Source: Candidatus Bipolaricaulota bacterium
GTDB taxonomy: Bacteria; Bipolaricaulota; Bipolaricaulia; UBA7950; UBA9294
NCBI GenBank assembly: GCA_030670905.1
Contig: DAOVAR010000002.1
Location: 1 to 52,380, forward strand
DNA length: 52,380 nucleotides
Direction: 5' to 3'
Of this stretch, positions 44,117 through 52,379 are shown in pieces. The notes beneath the pieces are model-generated. The model was not told the DNA's origin and made no database searches. It worked only from the letters and a program-made list of their open reading frames with translations. The position numbers were made by a program, and so were the translations under genes. Numbering within the stretch: position 1 is the stretch's first letter; each line of letters begins with the position of its first letter.

Positions 44117-47100
44117 CACAAGGCAAAATCAACCACATCGCTATTGCCGCATCTGCCGGTTCGGGCAAGACCTTTCAGCTTGCCCATCGGTACATACGGC
44201 TCTTGGCTGGCGGGGTCCCCCCAGATCGGATCATTGCGCTAACCTTTTCTAGAAAGGCGGCCGGTGAGATCTTTGAGTCGATCGCAAGGTATCTATGTGA
44301 AGCGATCAGTTCCCCAGAACATGCTCAGCGAATGGGGAGACGAATCGAAACAGGGAGCAGTCAGGGTGATTTTCTTGGTCTACTTAGAGACCTGTTGGAT
44401 AATTCCCATCGCCTGCATATTAGTACCCTGGACAGCTTCATAGTCGGTATTGTAAGTACCTTTCCGATGGAACTTGGTATTTCTTCTGACTTTCAGGTGC
44501 TGGACAACGATGGGGCTGAGGCAAGGGAGGCGCGTGAGGAAATACTGCGCAGTATTTTCGATCACCGTCATGTGGATCGAAGTACACAACGCGAATTTCT
44601 GCAAGCCTTCAAACAGGCAACCTTTGGCCAGGAGGAGAAAGGCCTTGAACGCAATCTAGCTACCATCATCGGTAGATTCAGGAATTGTTACCAGATCTTG
44701 CCCGTGAGAGATCTATGGGGCAATGAAAACGCAATCTGGCCTGACGGATCGCCATGGCTGGTAAGCCTCACCGACGTTAATGATGCCGCCTCGGAGCTGG
44801 AGATCTCATTGCTGGAAGACAAGCTTTCGGAGAGCGTTATGGGGCGCTGGCATACCTTTATTGATGCTGCAGCGCAGTTCCGGCCTAGTTCACCATGGAC
44901 CCGGGATATCGAGTACCTATTCGAGAAACTTATTCATAAGCTGAATGACTTGCGAAAAGGGAGTGCCAGTATCCCGATCAACAGAATGGCTTGCGAATTG
45001 TCACAGCGACAATGTGAGCTGGCCCTTGTGTTGGTTAGTCATGTGATGAAGACTGAGCTCAATACTGCGCTCAACAAGACCCGTGGCATCTACCAGATTC
45101 TTGATCAGTATGAACAATTCTACGATGTCATGATTCATCGTCGCGGCAAGCTTACATTTGACGATGCTCAGTATCTGTTGACTGAGGCCAATCGTTATAG
45201 CGGCGGCGCCTTGCTCAGTCGGATGTCCAATGAAGATGCGCGCTTGTACATCGATTACCGCATTGATTGTAAGCTGGACCATTGGTTGTTGGATGAGTTC
45301 CAGGATACAAGTAGCTTGCAGTGGGAGGTACTCCGTAACCTTGCCGATGAGATTCTGCAAGATGTTAGCGGTCAGCGTAGTTTCTTCTACGTCGGCGATG
45401 TTAAGCAGGCTATCTATGGCTGGCGTGGAGGCAACGCCCAGCTTTTTGGCAAGATTCTTGAGCAATACAATGGGCATATCGCGCTAAAGCCGCTCAGTAC
45501 CTCCTTTCGTTCTTGTGAGCCGATTATCGATACGGTCAATGCCGTGTTTGGGGATCTACCGGAAGACATATTGCCAAAGAATACGATAAGGGAGTGGAAG
45601 AAGACGTGGAAAGACCACAGGAGCCAGCAAGGCGTTGTTCCCAAACACGGGCATGTCGCGCTCTTGGAACCACCATGTGACAAGGAAGGAGCCAAACCGA
45701 CCGCTCGTGACCGGTATCAACTTGTGGCTCATCTACTAAACGAGATCAGCCCGTTAGCTCGAGGGCTCTCAGTGGGAATCCTTGTGCGTACCAATGAGAC
45801 TGGCAAGAGAATCGTGGACTTTCTCCGTCGTACATGCTCAGGTATGAACATTGTTCATGAAGGGAAGGCCACAATCAAGGATAATTGCGTTGTTTCAGTG
45901 TTTCTCTCATTGTTGAGGCTTGCTGCACATCCAGGGGATATCTTTGCCTGGCGACATCTGGAAATGAGCCCCTTGTGCAGGTATTTCGCGCGAGAACAAC
46001 TGAGCAGGGATAACCTGTCACTGGTATTGCTGCGAGAGATACAGACGTTCGGATTTCAAGCGTTCATCCGGAACTGGGGCGCTCGACTGCAGGGAATGCA
46101 TCCGCTTGACGATTTTGGCAAGAGTATGTTAAGAAACCTTATCGATGCCGCAGGTGAGTTTGATGAAACCGGCAATCGCGACTGCGATGCCTTTTGTCGC
46201 TTTGTTGAGAGCTACAAGATTGACGAACTAGCCGCGGCGAATGCTGTGCGTGTTATGACAATACACCAATCCAAGGGACTGGGGTTTGACATTGTTATCC
46301 TGCCTGAATTGCACGGGAGGAACCTAGCCGGAGGCGGCAAGATTGATTTTATTATTGCTCGTTCCCTTGATACCAACCGACCCCTGTGGGGATTAGAGAT
46401 GCCACGTAGGCTCGTTGCTAGCGCTGACCCCGTGCTTAGCTCTCAGGCACAAGCCTATGATGAGGCCAGCTGTTTTGATGAGCTTTGTGTATTGTATGTG
46501 GCCTTGACTCGGGCCAGACAAGCCCTATATATGATTACAAGTTTTCCCGGAAAAACAGCACAGGTCGTAGCTACTGATGCCTTCCTGAAATTACAGCTGG
46601 TGGGAGACCCAAAGCCAGTTGATGGGCCTCGGGTTAGGATCGACCACAATGAATTTATTTGTCTCTATGAAGCAGGAGAACGAGACTGGTACAAGAATGT
46701 TTCTGCCGCGAGAAAGTCTACTTCCAGAGCCGAGCAACTTGAACTGACAAAGGATTTCTGTAAGCAACCTTCGCTTAGGCGGCGGTTTGCTCATGTGCTA
46801 CCAGCGAGGATGACAAGGGTGAGGCAGAGTGGCGCGTTGTTCTTTGATCGCAACACTTATGACAGCCAGGATTTTGGCAGCGCGATTCACAAACTCTTTG
46901 AGAAGGTCATGTGGGCTGATAGCACAGATATCGAGGTGGTGATTGGGCAATGGAAGAGGAATTCATCGCTTGCCGGGGACATGAAGCAGAGGGTTATCAA
47001 GCAATTCCGGTTCGCGCTTTTCTGCGCCGATGTTCAGCGAGCTTTGTCACGGCCTAAGGGTAATGTCGAATTGTGGCGCGAGAGACCATTTGAGATCATT

Positions 47101-47361
47101 GTTGACGATCAGTGGGTGAGCGGTGTTTTTGATCGTGTAACGATTGTGCGAGACAAGCTTGACCATCCATTAACTGCAACAATTGTGGATTACAAGAGTG
47201 ATATCGTTGCAGATCCCGCTATGCTGCACAATGCAGTCAAACTCTATCGTCCACAATTGATACTTTACGGAAAGGCCTTATCTCAAATTCTGGGGATTGA
47301 GCCAGCACAACTTCGCCTCAAACTTCTCTTCACGCAGTCGGGCAAGGTATACGATCTATAG
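44113..47361 (+). CDS. AddA-like UvrD/Rep-family helicase with a C-terminal PD-(D/E)xK nuclease
   Basis: It has Walker A (AASAGSGKT), motif II (LLDEFQDTS), helicase motifs (YGWRGG, TIHQSKGL, VALTRAR) and the C-terminal nuclease GVFDRV...IVDYKSD...QLILY. Confidence 0.82.
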   Translation: MTQGKINHIAIAASAGSGKTFQLAHRYIRLLAGGVPPDRIIALTFSRKAAGEIFESIARYLCEAISSPEHAQRMGRRIETGSSQGDFLGLLRDLLDNSHRLHISTLDSFIVGIVSTFPMELGISSDFQVLDNDGAEAREAREEILRSIFDHRHVDRSTQREFLQAFKQATFGQEEKGLERNLATIIGRFRNCYQILPVRDLWGNENAIWPDGSPWLVSLTDVNDAASELEISLLEDKLSESVMGRWHTFIDAAAQFRPSSPWTRDIEYLFEKLIHKLNDLRKGSASIPINRMACELSQRQCELALVLVSHVMKTELNTALNKTRGIYQILDQYEQFYDVMIHRRGKLTFDDAQYLLTEANRYSGGALLSRMSNEDARLYIDYRIDCKLDHWLLDEFQDTSSLQWEVLRNLADEILQDVSGQRSFFYVGDVKQAIYGWRGGNAQLFGKILEQYNGHIALKPLSTSFRSCEPIIDTVNAVFGDLPEDILPKNTIREWKKTWKDHRSQQGVVPKHGHVALLEPPCDKEGAKPTARDRYQLVAHLLNEISPLARGLSVGILVRTNETGKRIVDFLRRTCSGMNIVHEGKATIKDNCVVSVFLSLLRLAAHPGDIFAWRHLEMSPLCRYFAREQLSRDNLSLVLLREIQTFGFQAFIRNWGARLQGMHPLDDFGKSMLRNLIDAAGEFDETGNRDCDAFCRFVESYKIDELAAANAVRVMTIHQSKGLGFDIVILPELHGRNLAGGGKIDFIIARSLDTNRPLWGLEMPRRLVASADPVLSSQAQAYDEASCFDELCVLYVALTRARQALYMITSFPGKTAQVVATDAFLKLQLVGDPKPVDGPRVRIDHNEFICLYEAGERDWYKNVSAARKSTSRAEQLELTKDFCKQPSLRRRFAHVLPARMTRVRQSGALFFDRNTYDSQDFGSAIHKLFEKVMWADSTDIEVVIGQWKRNSSLAGDMKQRVIKQFRFALFCADVQRALSRPKGNVELWRERPFEIIVDDQWVSGVFDRVTIVRDKLDHPLTATIVDYKSDIVADPAMLHNAVKLYRPQLILYGKALSQILGIEPAQLRLKLLFTQSGKVYDL

Positions 47362-47413
47362 TACAAGACAGGCTGCTGTGTAAGTTCCTCTTACTCAAGA
47401 AACGAGAGCTTTA

Positions 47414-47608
47414 ACTGCAGAGATCGCAGAGGAAAACAGTTGAGTAGTTGATTGGTTGAATAGTTGATTGGGAAAAGCAGCAGTCAGGAAGAAAGGCAGT
47501 TATCAGTTGTTAGATTGTGTGTAGCGTCGGGTCTTGCGCCCGACGTTAAGGGTAACGCAGCAAGAATACGTAGACCGTTCGTAGCGTCGGAACCTGTGTC
47601 CGACGTTA
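47414..47608. repeat. Mosaic intergenic repeat block with two conserved 10-bp-stem hairpins
   Basis: It contains nonamers (47414..47440), GTTGAnTn octamers (47439..47470) and GTTATCA-type heptamers (47499..47519). The hairpins are tagcgtcggg/cccgacgtta (47522..47548) and tagcgtcgga/tccgacgtta (47582..47608). Confidence 0.85.
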
Positions 47609-47619
47609 GAGACAACTTC

Positions 47620-49644
47620 TTACAGGATCCCGTTAGAATCCCTTTTCAAGTAGCGGTCGAACCAACGACATATGTTTTCTAACCTTGCAACGCGGCGGTC
47701 GGTGCGCCCGTTACGTGAAAGCCCATGTGGTTCGTCGGGGAAACGTATCATCTCCGTATCGACGCCGAGTCGTTTTAGTGCGACAAATACCTGTTCATCC
47801 TGTTCAATAGCACAACGTAGGTCTTGCTCACTGTGGATTACTAGCGTAGGAGTGGTTACATTGCCGATGTACTTCATCGGCGATTGTCGCCAGTAATTCT
47901 CCAAGTCTTCCCATGGAGGTAAGCCACTGAACTCTTCCTGGAAGGCCCAATTGAAATCACTGGAACCATACATGCTAATTAGGTTACTAACACTACGTTG
48001 TGTCACTGCCGCGCTAAATCGGTTGGTGTGGCCAATGATCCAATTGGTCATGTACCCGCCGTAGCTCCCGCCGGTGACACCCATTCTGCTACTATCAATA
48101 TATGGCTTCTTCTCCACGTAATCAGCCCATGCCATTACATCTTCGTAATCGGCTGTTCCCCAATTGTTGTGAATAGCTTTAGCGTGTTGCTCACCATATC
48201 CCTGTCCGCCGCGAGGGTTGCAAAAATAGACGACGTAGCCTTGGGCTGCTAAGTAGTAGAACTCGTGCATAAAGAAGTTTCCATACTGTACTAATGGTCC
48301 GCCATGGATTTCCAGGATAGATGGGTATTTCTTTGCCGGGTCAAACCTTGGTGGAGTTAAGATCCATCCTTGTAGATCATTTCCACTAGCGCCTTTAAAC
48401 CATACTTCTTCTATCTTGCCGAGGTCGAGTTCGTTCAATAGGTCTTTATTGGCGTGTGTGAGTACCCGTGAGCGGTTTGTGGCCAGTTCGCGAAGGTATA
48501 CCTGCCCCGTGTCTTGCATGTTTGCGTGAAAGTAGAGCAATCGTTGCTGTTTGCTATCAAATGTGAACCTGCCAACCACGCCTTCGTCGCTGACGATATC
48601 AGCTACTTCTCCTTTCAAGGATACTGACTTTAGTACCGTATTGCCGTGATGCGCTACCTGAAAATAGATTCTCTTTCCATCACTTGACCATATGGGCGCT
48701 ACTTGGGGTAAATCTCCCATGTCGTTAATCGTCCAACTCGATACATCAAAGTCGTAGTCTTTGGTTAGATTGAGTGCCTCACCATCGCCGCTTGCCGGGA
48801 TAACCCACAACCGGGTTTCCTTCCAACTCTGCCCTTTTCCTTTGTGGCCGTAGTAGGCTATGAGGCCGCCGTCTGGGGAAAAGGTAGGATTTCCTTTTGG
48901 TCCTACCGGCGTTTCAATCCTTCGGGTTGTCCCCTCCTTTACTGAGAACACATAAAGATCAATGGCGTCTGGATCTAGATCTGGGTCCTTCTTGTGATTT
49001 GAGCAGAAGGCAATATGCGAGCCATCAGGCGACCAATGAGGATCTAGTGTGTCGTAAGTATCGTCGTCTGTGAACTGCTGTATTTTCTCTGATTCTACGT
49101 CCACACATAGGGCATGCCATCGACCCCTTGGTAGGAATCCGACCCCATCTTCCTTGAAGAACACTCGTGTTATCTGGCGGTATACAATCCCTAATTCCTT
49201 CTTTTTTTCATCGGCCTCTCGGATGATTTCTTCCGCATCTTTCTTGCGGAATTGGAGTAACAGTTTTGTGCCATCCGGGGACCACTCCAATGACTTGATC
49301 GTTCCCTTGAGGTCAGTTATTGGGCGCGCTTCTCCGCCTTTGAGCGGCATCAAGTAGATCTGTAGCTGTTTCTCATCATCACGGTTAGACAGAAAGGCGA
49401 TTCGCGAGCCATCAGGCGAAAAGCGAGGATGAGTATCCGACTGACTTCCATATGTGAATTGGCGGGCTGGCCTGCCGCTGGTTGGCACAAGCCATAGATT
49501 TGAGTGCACCTTCTCTGTTTCCTTATCCGCTCGGCGCAGGCAGAAAATGGCGAGCTTTCCGTCCGGTGAAACCTGTGGTTCAGAGATCAGATTGAACTCG
49601 TAGAGATCTTCTGCGGTGATGTGCCGTTTCTTCTGCTTAGACAT
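47620..49644 (-). CDS. S9-family serine peptidase (acylaminoacyl-peptidase / prolyl oligopeptidase-like) with an N-terminal beta-propeller
   Basis: TolB-like propeller repeats are present (SPDGKL, SPDGSRIAF, SPDGTKL, SPDGSHIAF...). The catalytic Ser sits in GGSYGGYM, the Asp in HSEQDLRC and the His in DEPHGL. ATG at 49644 is preferred, and the ORF track begins at 49677. Confidence 0.85.
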   Translation of the reverse strand: MSKQKKRHITAEDLYEFNLISEPQVSPDGKLAIFCLRRADKETEKVHSNLWLVPTSGRPARQFTYGSQSDTHPRFSPDGSRIAFLSNRDDEKQLQIYLMPLKGGEARPITDLKGTIKSLEWSPDGTKLLLQFRKKDAEEIIREADEKKKELGIVYRQITRVFFKEDGVGFLPRGRWHALCVDVESEKIQQFTDDDTYDTLDPHWSPDGSHIAFCSNHKKDPDLDPDAIDLYVFSVKEGTTRRIETPVGPKGNPTFSPDGGLIAYYGHKGKGQSWKETRLWVIPASGDGEALNLTKDYDFDVSSWTINDMGDLPQVAPIWSSDGKRIYFQVAHHGNTVLKSVSLKGEVADIVSDEGVVGRFTFDSKQQRLLYFHANMQDTGQVYLRELATNRSRVLTHANKDLLNELDLGKIEEVWFKGASGNDLQGWILTPPRFDPAKKYPSILEIHGGPLVQYGNFFMHEFYYLAAQGYVVYFCNPRGGQGYGEQHAKAIHNNWGTADYEDVMAWADYVEKKPYIDSSRMGVTGGSYGGYMTNWIIGHTNRFSAAVTQRSVSNLISMYGSSDFNWAFQEEFSGLPPWEDLENYWRQSPMKYIGNVTTPTLVIHSEQDLRCAIEQDEQVFVALKRLGVDTEMIRFPDEPHGLSRNGRTDRRVARLENICRWFDRYLKRDSNGIL

Positions 49645-49806
49645 TATCCCTCCATCTTTTGGGGCGAAGATTCGCAACGCTCTTCTGCTTCGGAAGTCAA
49701 TCTAATGCAAGTAATGGGTATTGTACAAGCATTATCACCTAAGCCCAAGCTGCGTACCGTATGTCCAAGAAACGGTAGAGCAGTTAAATGGGGAAATGAT
49801 CAAGTG

Positions 49807-50058
49807 GTTGAATGGGAAAGGCCCAAAAACCGTGATGAGTAATGGGTAATGAGTGATGAGTGAGAAACACAGGATTAAGGATTATGGAGTATGGACTAAG
49901 GGAAAAGGCATAAAAGCGGTCAAGAGTCGAGAAGAGGCGAGTTGAATAGTTGATTGGTTGAGTAAGGAATCGCGAGCTGATTGCTGACCGCTGTTTGCTG
50001 ACAACTGATTCCTGATAACTGCCTAACCGCAGAGGACGCAGAGGGCGCGGAGGAAAAC
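49807..50058. repeat. Mosaic intergenic repeat block
   Basis: It contains GTGATGA-type heptamers (49832..49866), GTTGAnTn octamers (49941..49964), GCTGAnn heptamers (49976..50024) and GnCGCnGAG nonamers (50026..50058). It is colinear with 24355..24615 and shares modules with 47414..47470 and the reverse complement of 210..254. Confidence 0.85.
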
Positions 50059-50218
50059 AACGACATAATTCACAGATGGTAGATCCCGTGATCTCCAAGA
50101 CCTCTAATGATCCATCCTGTGTCATCCTTTACAATCACCTACGATGCGAGGATGATATCTCAAACACAGACAACCCAGCGATCGATCAGATTCAAAACGG
50201 GTATGAAAGGAGCAACCG

Positions 50219-50476
50219 ATGAGCTTTTTTGAGGCAACGATGCTAATCTGCTTTGGTGTAAGTTGGCCAGTATCGATCGCCAAGGCCTTGAGGACAAAGG
50301 AGGTACTGGGAAAGAGTCCTTGGTTTATGATCCTAATCTCGCTTGGATACACGAGTGGAATCATCCACAAAGCGGTCAACAACCCCAACTGGGTGATCTT
50401 TCTCTACGCGTTAAACCTGGTGATGGTCCTGATCGACCTCTCTCTTTACCTCCGCTACTCGGGCAGCAAAGGCTAG
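50219..50476 (+). CDS. 85-aa three-TM membrane protein, SemiSWEET / PQ-loop-like
   Basis: An AAAGGAG Shine-Dalgarno lies 7 nt upstream. It has three hydrophobic helices. The loop after TM1 (WPVSIAKALRTKEVLGKS) and the C-terminal LYLRY resemble the SemiSWEET layout, with PV in place of PQ. Confidence 0.45.
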   Translation: MSFFEATMLICFGVSWPVSIAKALRTKEVLGKSPWFMILISLGYTSGIIHKAVNNPNWVIFLYALNLVMVLIDLSLYLRYSGSKG

Positions 50477-50558
50477 AGAGACACGGTCCTGAGAGCAGAG
50501 TATCGCGACGCTTTAAGGCAACAAGTGACCATGATCTCCCTGGCCAAAGGAGGTTGTT

Positions 50559-50642
50559 GTGACTCTTCATGATCGATTCATCAGAAAGCGCGCTAATGGG
50601 GTCTACCATTGTATCTTCCCGATAACGGCTAGGGCTCTGTGA
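50559..50642 (+). pseudogene. 27-codon ORF with a strong Shine-Dalgarno, possibly an N-terminal stub of a tyrosine-recombinase gene
   Basis: AAAGGAGG lies 5 nt upstream of the GTG. The peptide MTLHDRFIRKRANGVYHCIF... resembles the (I/L)RKR-x-NG-x-Y opening of many phage-type integrases. All three frames close shortly after. Confidence 0.2.
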
Positions 50643-50745
50643 ACCGGGGTATCTACTTGAGGGGGGGGCAGCCTGCGCCAACAGCAAACAGGAATAGTGC
50701 ACATCGTGTGTGACTTCGAGGGACATAGACCCTATTTCCTGAACC

Positions 50746-51035
50746 ACTGATTAACACTGATGGACGCTGATTGATGCGGGTATCAGGAAGAGAGGCAGTT
50801 TCTAGTTATCAGCAAAGAAAGTTATCAGTTATCGGTTATCAGACCGTTCGTAGCGTCGGAACCTGCTTGCCCCGTGCAATTCTATTGCACTGGGGTGTCC
50901 AACGTTAAACTGAAGGCAGGTACTAGGTACCAGGTATTAGGAAGAAAAGCAGTTATCAGTAGACAGTTATCGGTTATCAGTTGAACACAAGAATATGCGG
51001 ACCGTTCGTAGCGTTGGGTCTTGCGCTCGACTTCT
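50746..51035. repeat. Mosaic intergenic repeat block
   Basis: It contains decamers actgattaac actgatggac gctgattgat (50746..50775) and GTTATCA heptamers (50805..50842 and 50952..50986). A tagcgtcgga hairpin carries a nested inner hairpin (50851..50907). A decayed hairpin copy sits at about 51008..51030. Confidence 0.85.
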
Positions 51036-51137
51036 TCCCTCTTTGAGGGCTCTTCTTCGGGCTAATTAACCACTGAGTGGGTGCTAATCCACCACTTGTT
51101 GGTTGAAACGCACCTCGTTACTTGCTATAATCTGGTC

Positions 51138-52379
51138 ATGATCCCTCGGAGCATCACGCCAGCTATCCTGGAAGCACTATCGGACACACCAGTCGTTTTG
51201 CTCACCGGTGCGAGACAGACGGGTAAGAGCACATTGGCGCAATGGTTGGCAGAGGAAGTACATCCAGCACACTATATCACTCTCGATGATGCCGCAGTGC
51301 TTGCTGCAGCGCGCAGTGACCCCACAGGATTCTTAGCGGACCTCGATCGTCCTCTGGTTCTCGATGAGGTGCAACGAGCTCCCGAACTATTCTTAGCCAT
51401 CAAGGTTGCGGTCGATCGCCAGCGCTTACCCGGTCGTTTCTTATTGACTGGGTCGGCCAACCCGTTACTCCTTCCTAAGTTGTCAGAATCCCTTGCTGGC
51501 CGAATGGAGATCCTGACTCTTTGGCCCTTCTCGCAAGGTGAGTTGGAGAGACAAAGGGAAGAGTTTATCGATCTGATATTCGCAAACAGATTACCCCAAT
51601 TCCCCGCTGGCGATCTTGCCCGGTCCGAGCTTATCCAGCGGGTAGTGACTGGTGGGTATCCTGAGGTGACAGGGAAGCTATCCGCAAGAAGGCGCAGTGC
51701 CTGGTTCCGGTCGTATGTTACCACCATCGTCCAACGTGAGGTGCGAGATTTGGCGAATATAGAACACCTTGTCGTGATGCCCCGCTTGCTTTCCTTGTTG
51801 GCGGCTCGTGCTTGTTCGCTGATGAACTACACCGAGATCTCGAACAGCCTCGGCCTACCGCAGAGTACCGTAAAGCGTTACATGGCTCTGTTTGAAATAA
51901 CGTTCATCTCTCAGCCTCTGCCTGCTTGGTCGGCTAACCTGGGGAAACGGCTTATTCGGTCACGCAAGTTGGTCCTGAATGACACCGGGTTGCTAGCTTA
52001 CCTAACAGGGCTGGACGAGCAGCGAATCAAGTCCGATTCAGTTGCATTTGGGCCCCTGCTGGAGAACTTCGTCATCATGGAACTAAGAAAGCAAGCCATC
52101 TGGAGTGAGATTCAACCCCAGTTCTTCCACTTTCGCACGCGGAAAGGGCAGGAAGTCGATATAGTGTTGGAGAACCGTGCCGGCGAGGTTGTGGGGATTG
52201 AAGTCAAGGCTTCATCAACGGTCAAAGCGCACGACTTTAAGGGGTTGAAGTACCTCAGCGGTTTGTTGGGTAAACGCTTTCTGCGCGGGATCATTCTCTA
52301 TACCGGTGATCAACCCATTCCTTTCGGCTCAGGCCTTTATGCCCTGCCAGTGAGTGCGCTCTGGGGAAGTAGTGAATAG
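51138..52379 (+). CDS. COG1373-type AAA+ ATPase (AAA_14 plus DUF4143) with a C-terminal PD-(D/E)xK core
   Basis: It has Walker A (GARQTGKST), Walker B (LVLDEVQ) and the C-terminal VDIVLENRAGEVVGIEVKAS, which gives D...ExK. ATG at 51138 is preferred, and the ORF track begins at 51081. Confidence 0.75.
   Translation: MIPRSITPAILEALSDTPVVLLTGARQTGKSTLAQWLAEEVHPAHYITLDDAAVLAAARSDPTGFLADLDRPLVLDEVQRAPELFLAIKVAVDRQRLPGRFLLTGSANPLLLPKLSESLAGRMEILTLWPFSQGELERQREEFIDLIFANRLPQFPAGDLARSELIQRVVTGGYPEVTGKLSARRRSAWFRSYVTTIVQREVRDLANIEHLVVMPRLLSLLAARACSLMNYTEISNSLGLPQSTVKRYMALFEITFISQPLPAWSANLGKRLIRSRKLVLNDTGLLAYLTGLDEQRIKSDSVAFGPLLENFVIMELRKQAIWSEIQPQFFHFRTRKGQEVDIVLENRAGEVVGIEVKASSTVKAHDFKGLKYLSGLLGKRFLRGIILYTGDQPIPFGSGLYALPVSALWGSSE

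Noticed and set aside
49784-50125. A 113-aa minus-strand ORF
   Set aside because: It lies entirely within concatenated 7/8/9-nt tandem repeats. It is open only because the repeats lack stop codons in that frame.
50075-50125. agatggtagatccc...ctctaatgatccatcc upstream of the small membrane gene as a fluoride (crcB-motif) riboswitch
   Set aside because: It shares GATGGT and AATGAT-CC with the consensus, but the P1 pairing (GGnG/CnCC) is missing. The downstream protein is also not CrcB-like or EriC-like.
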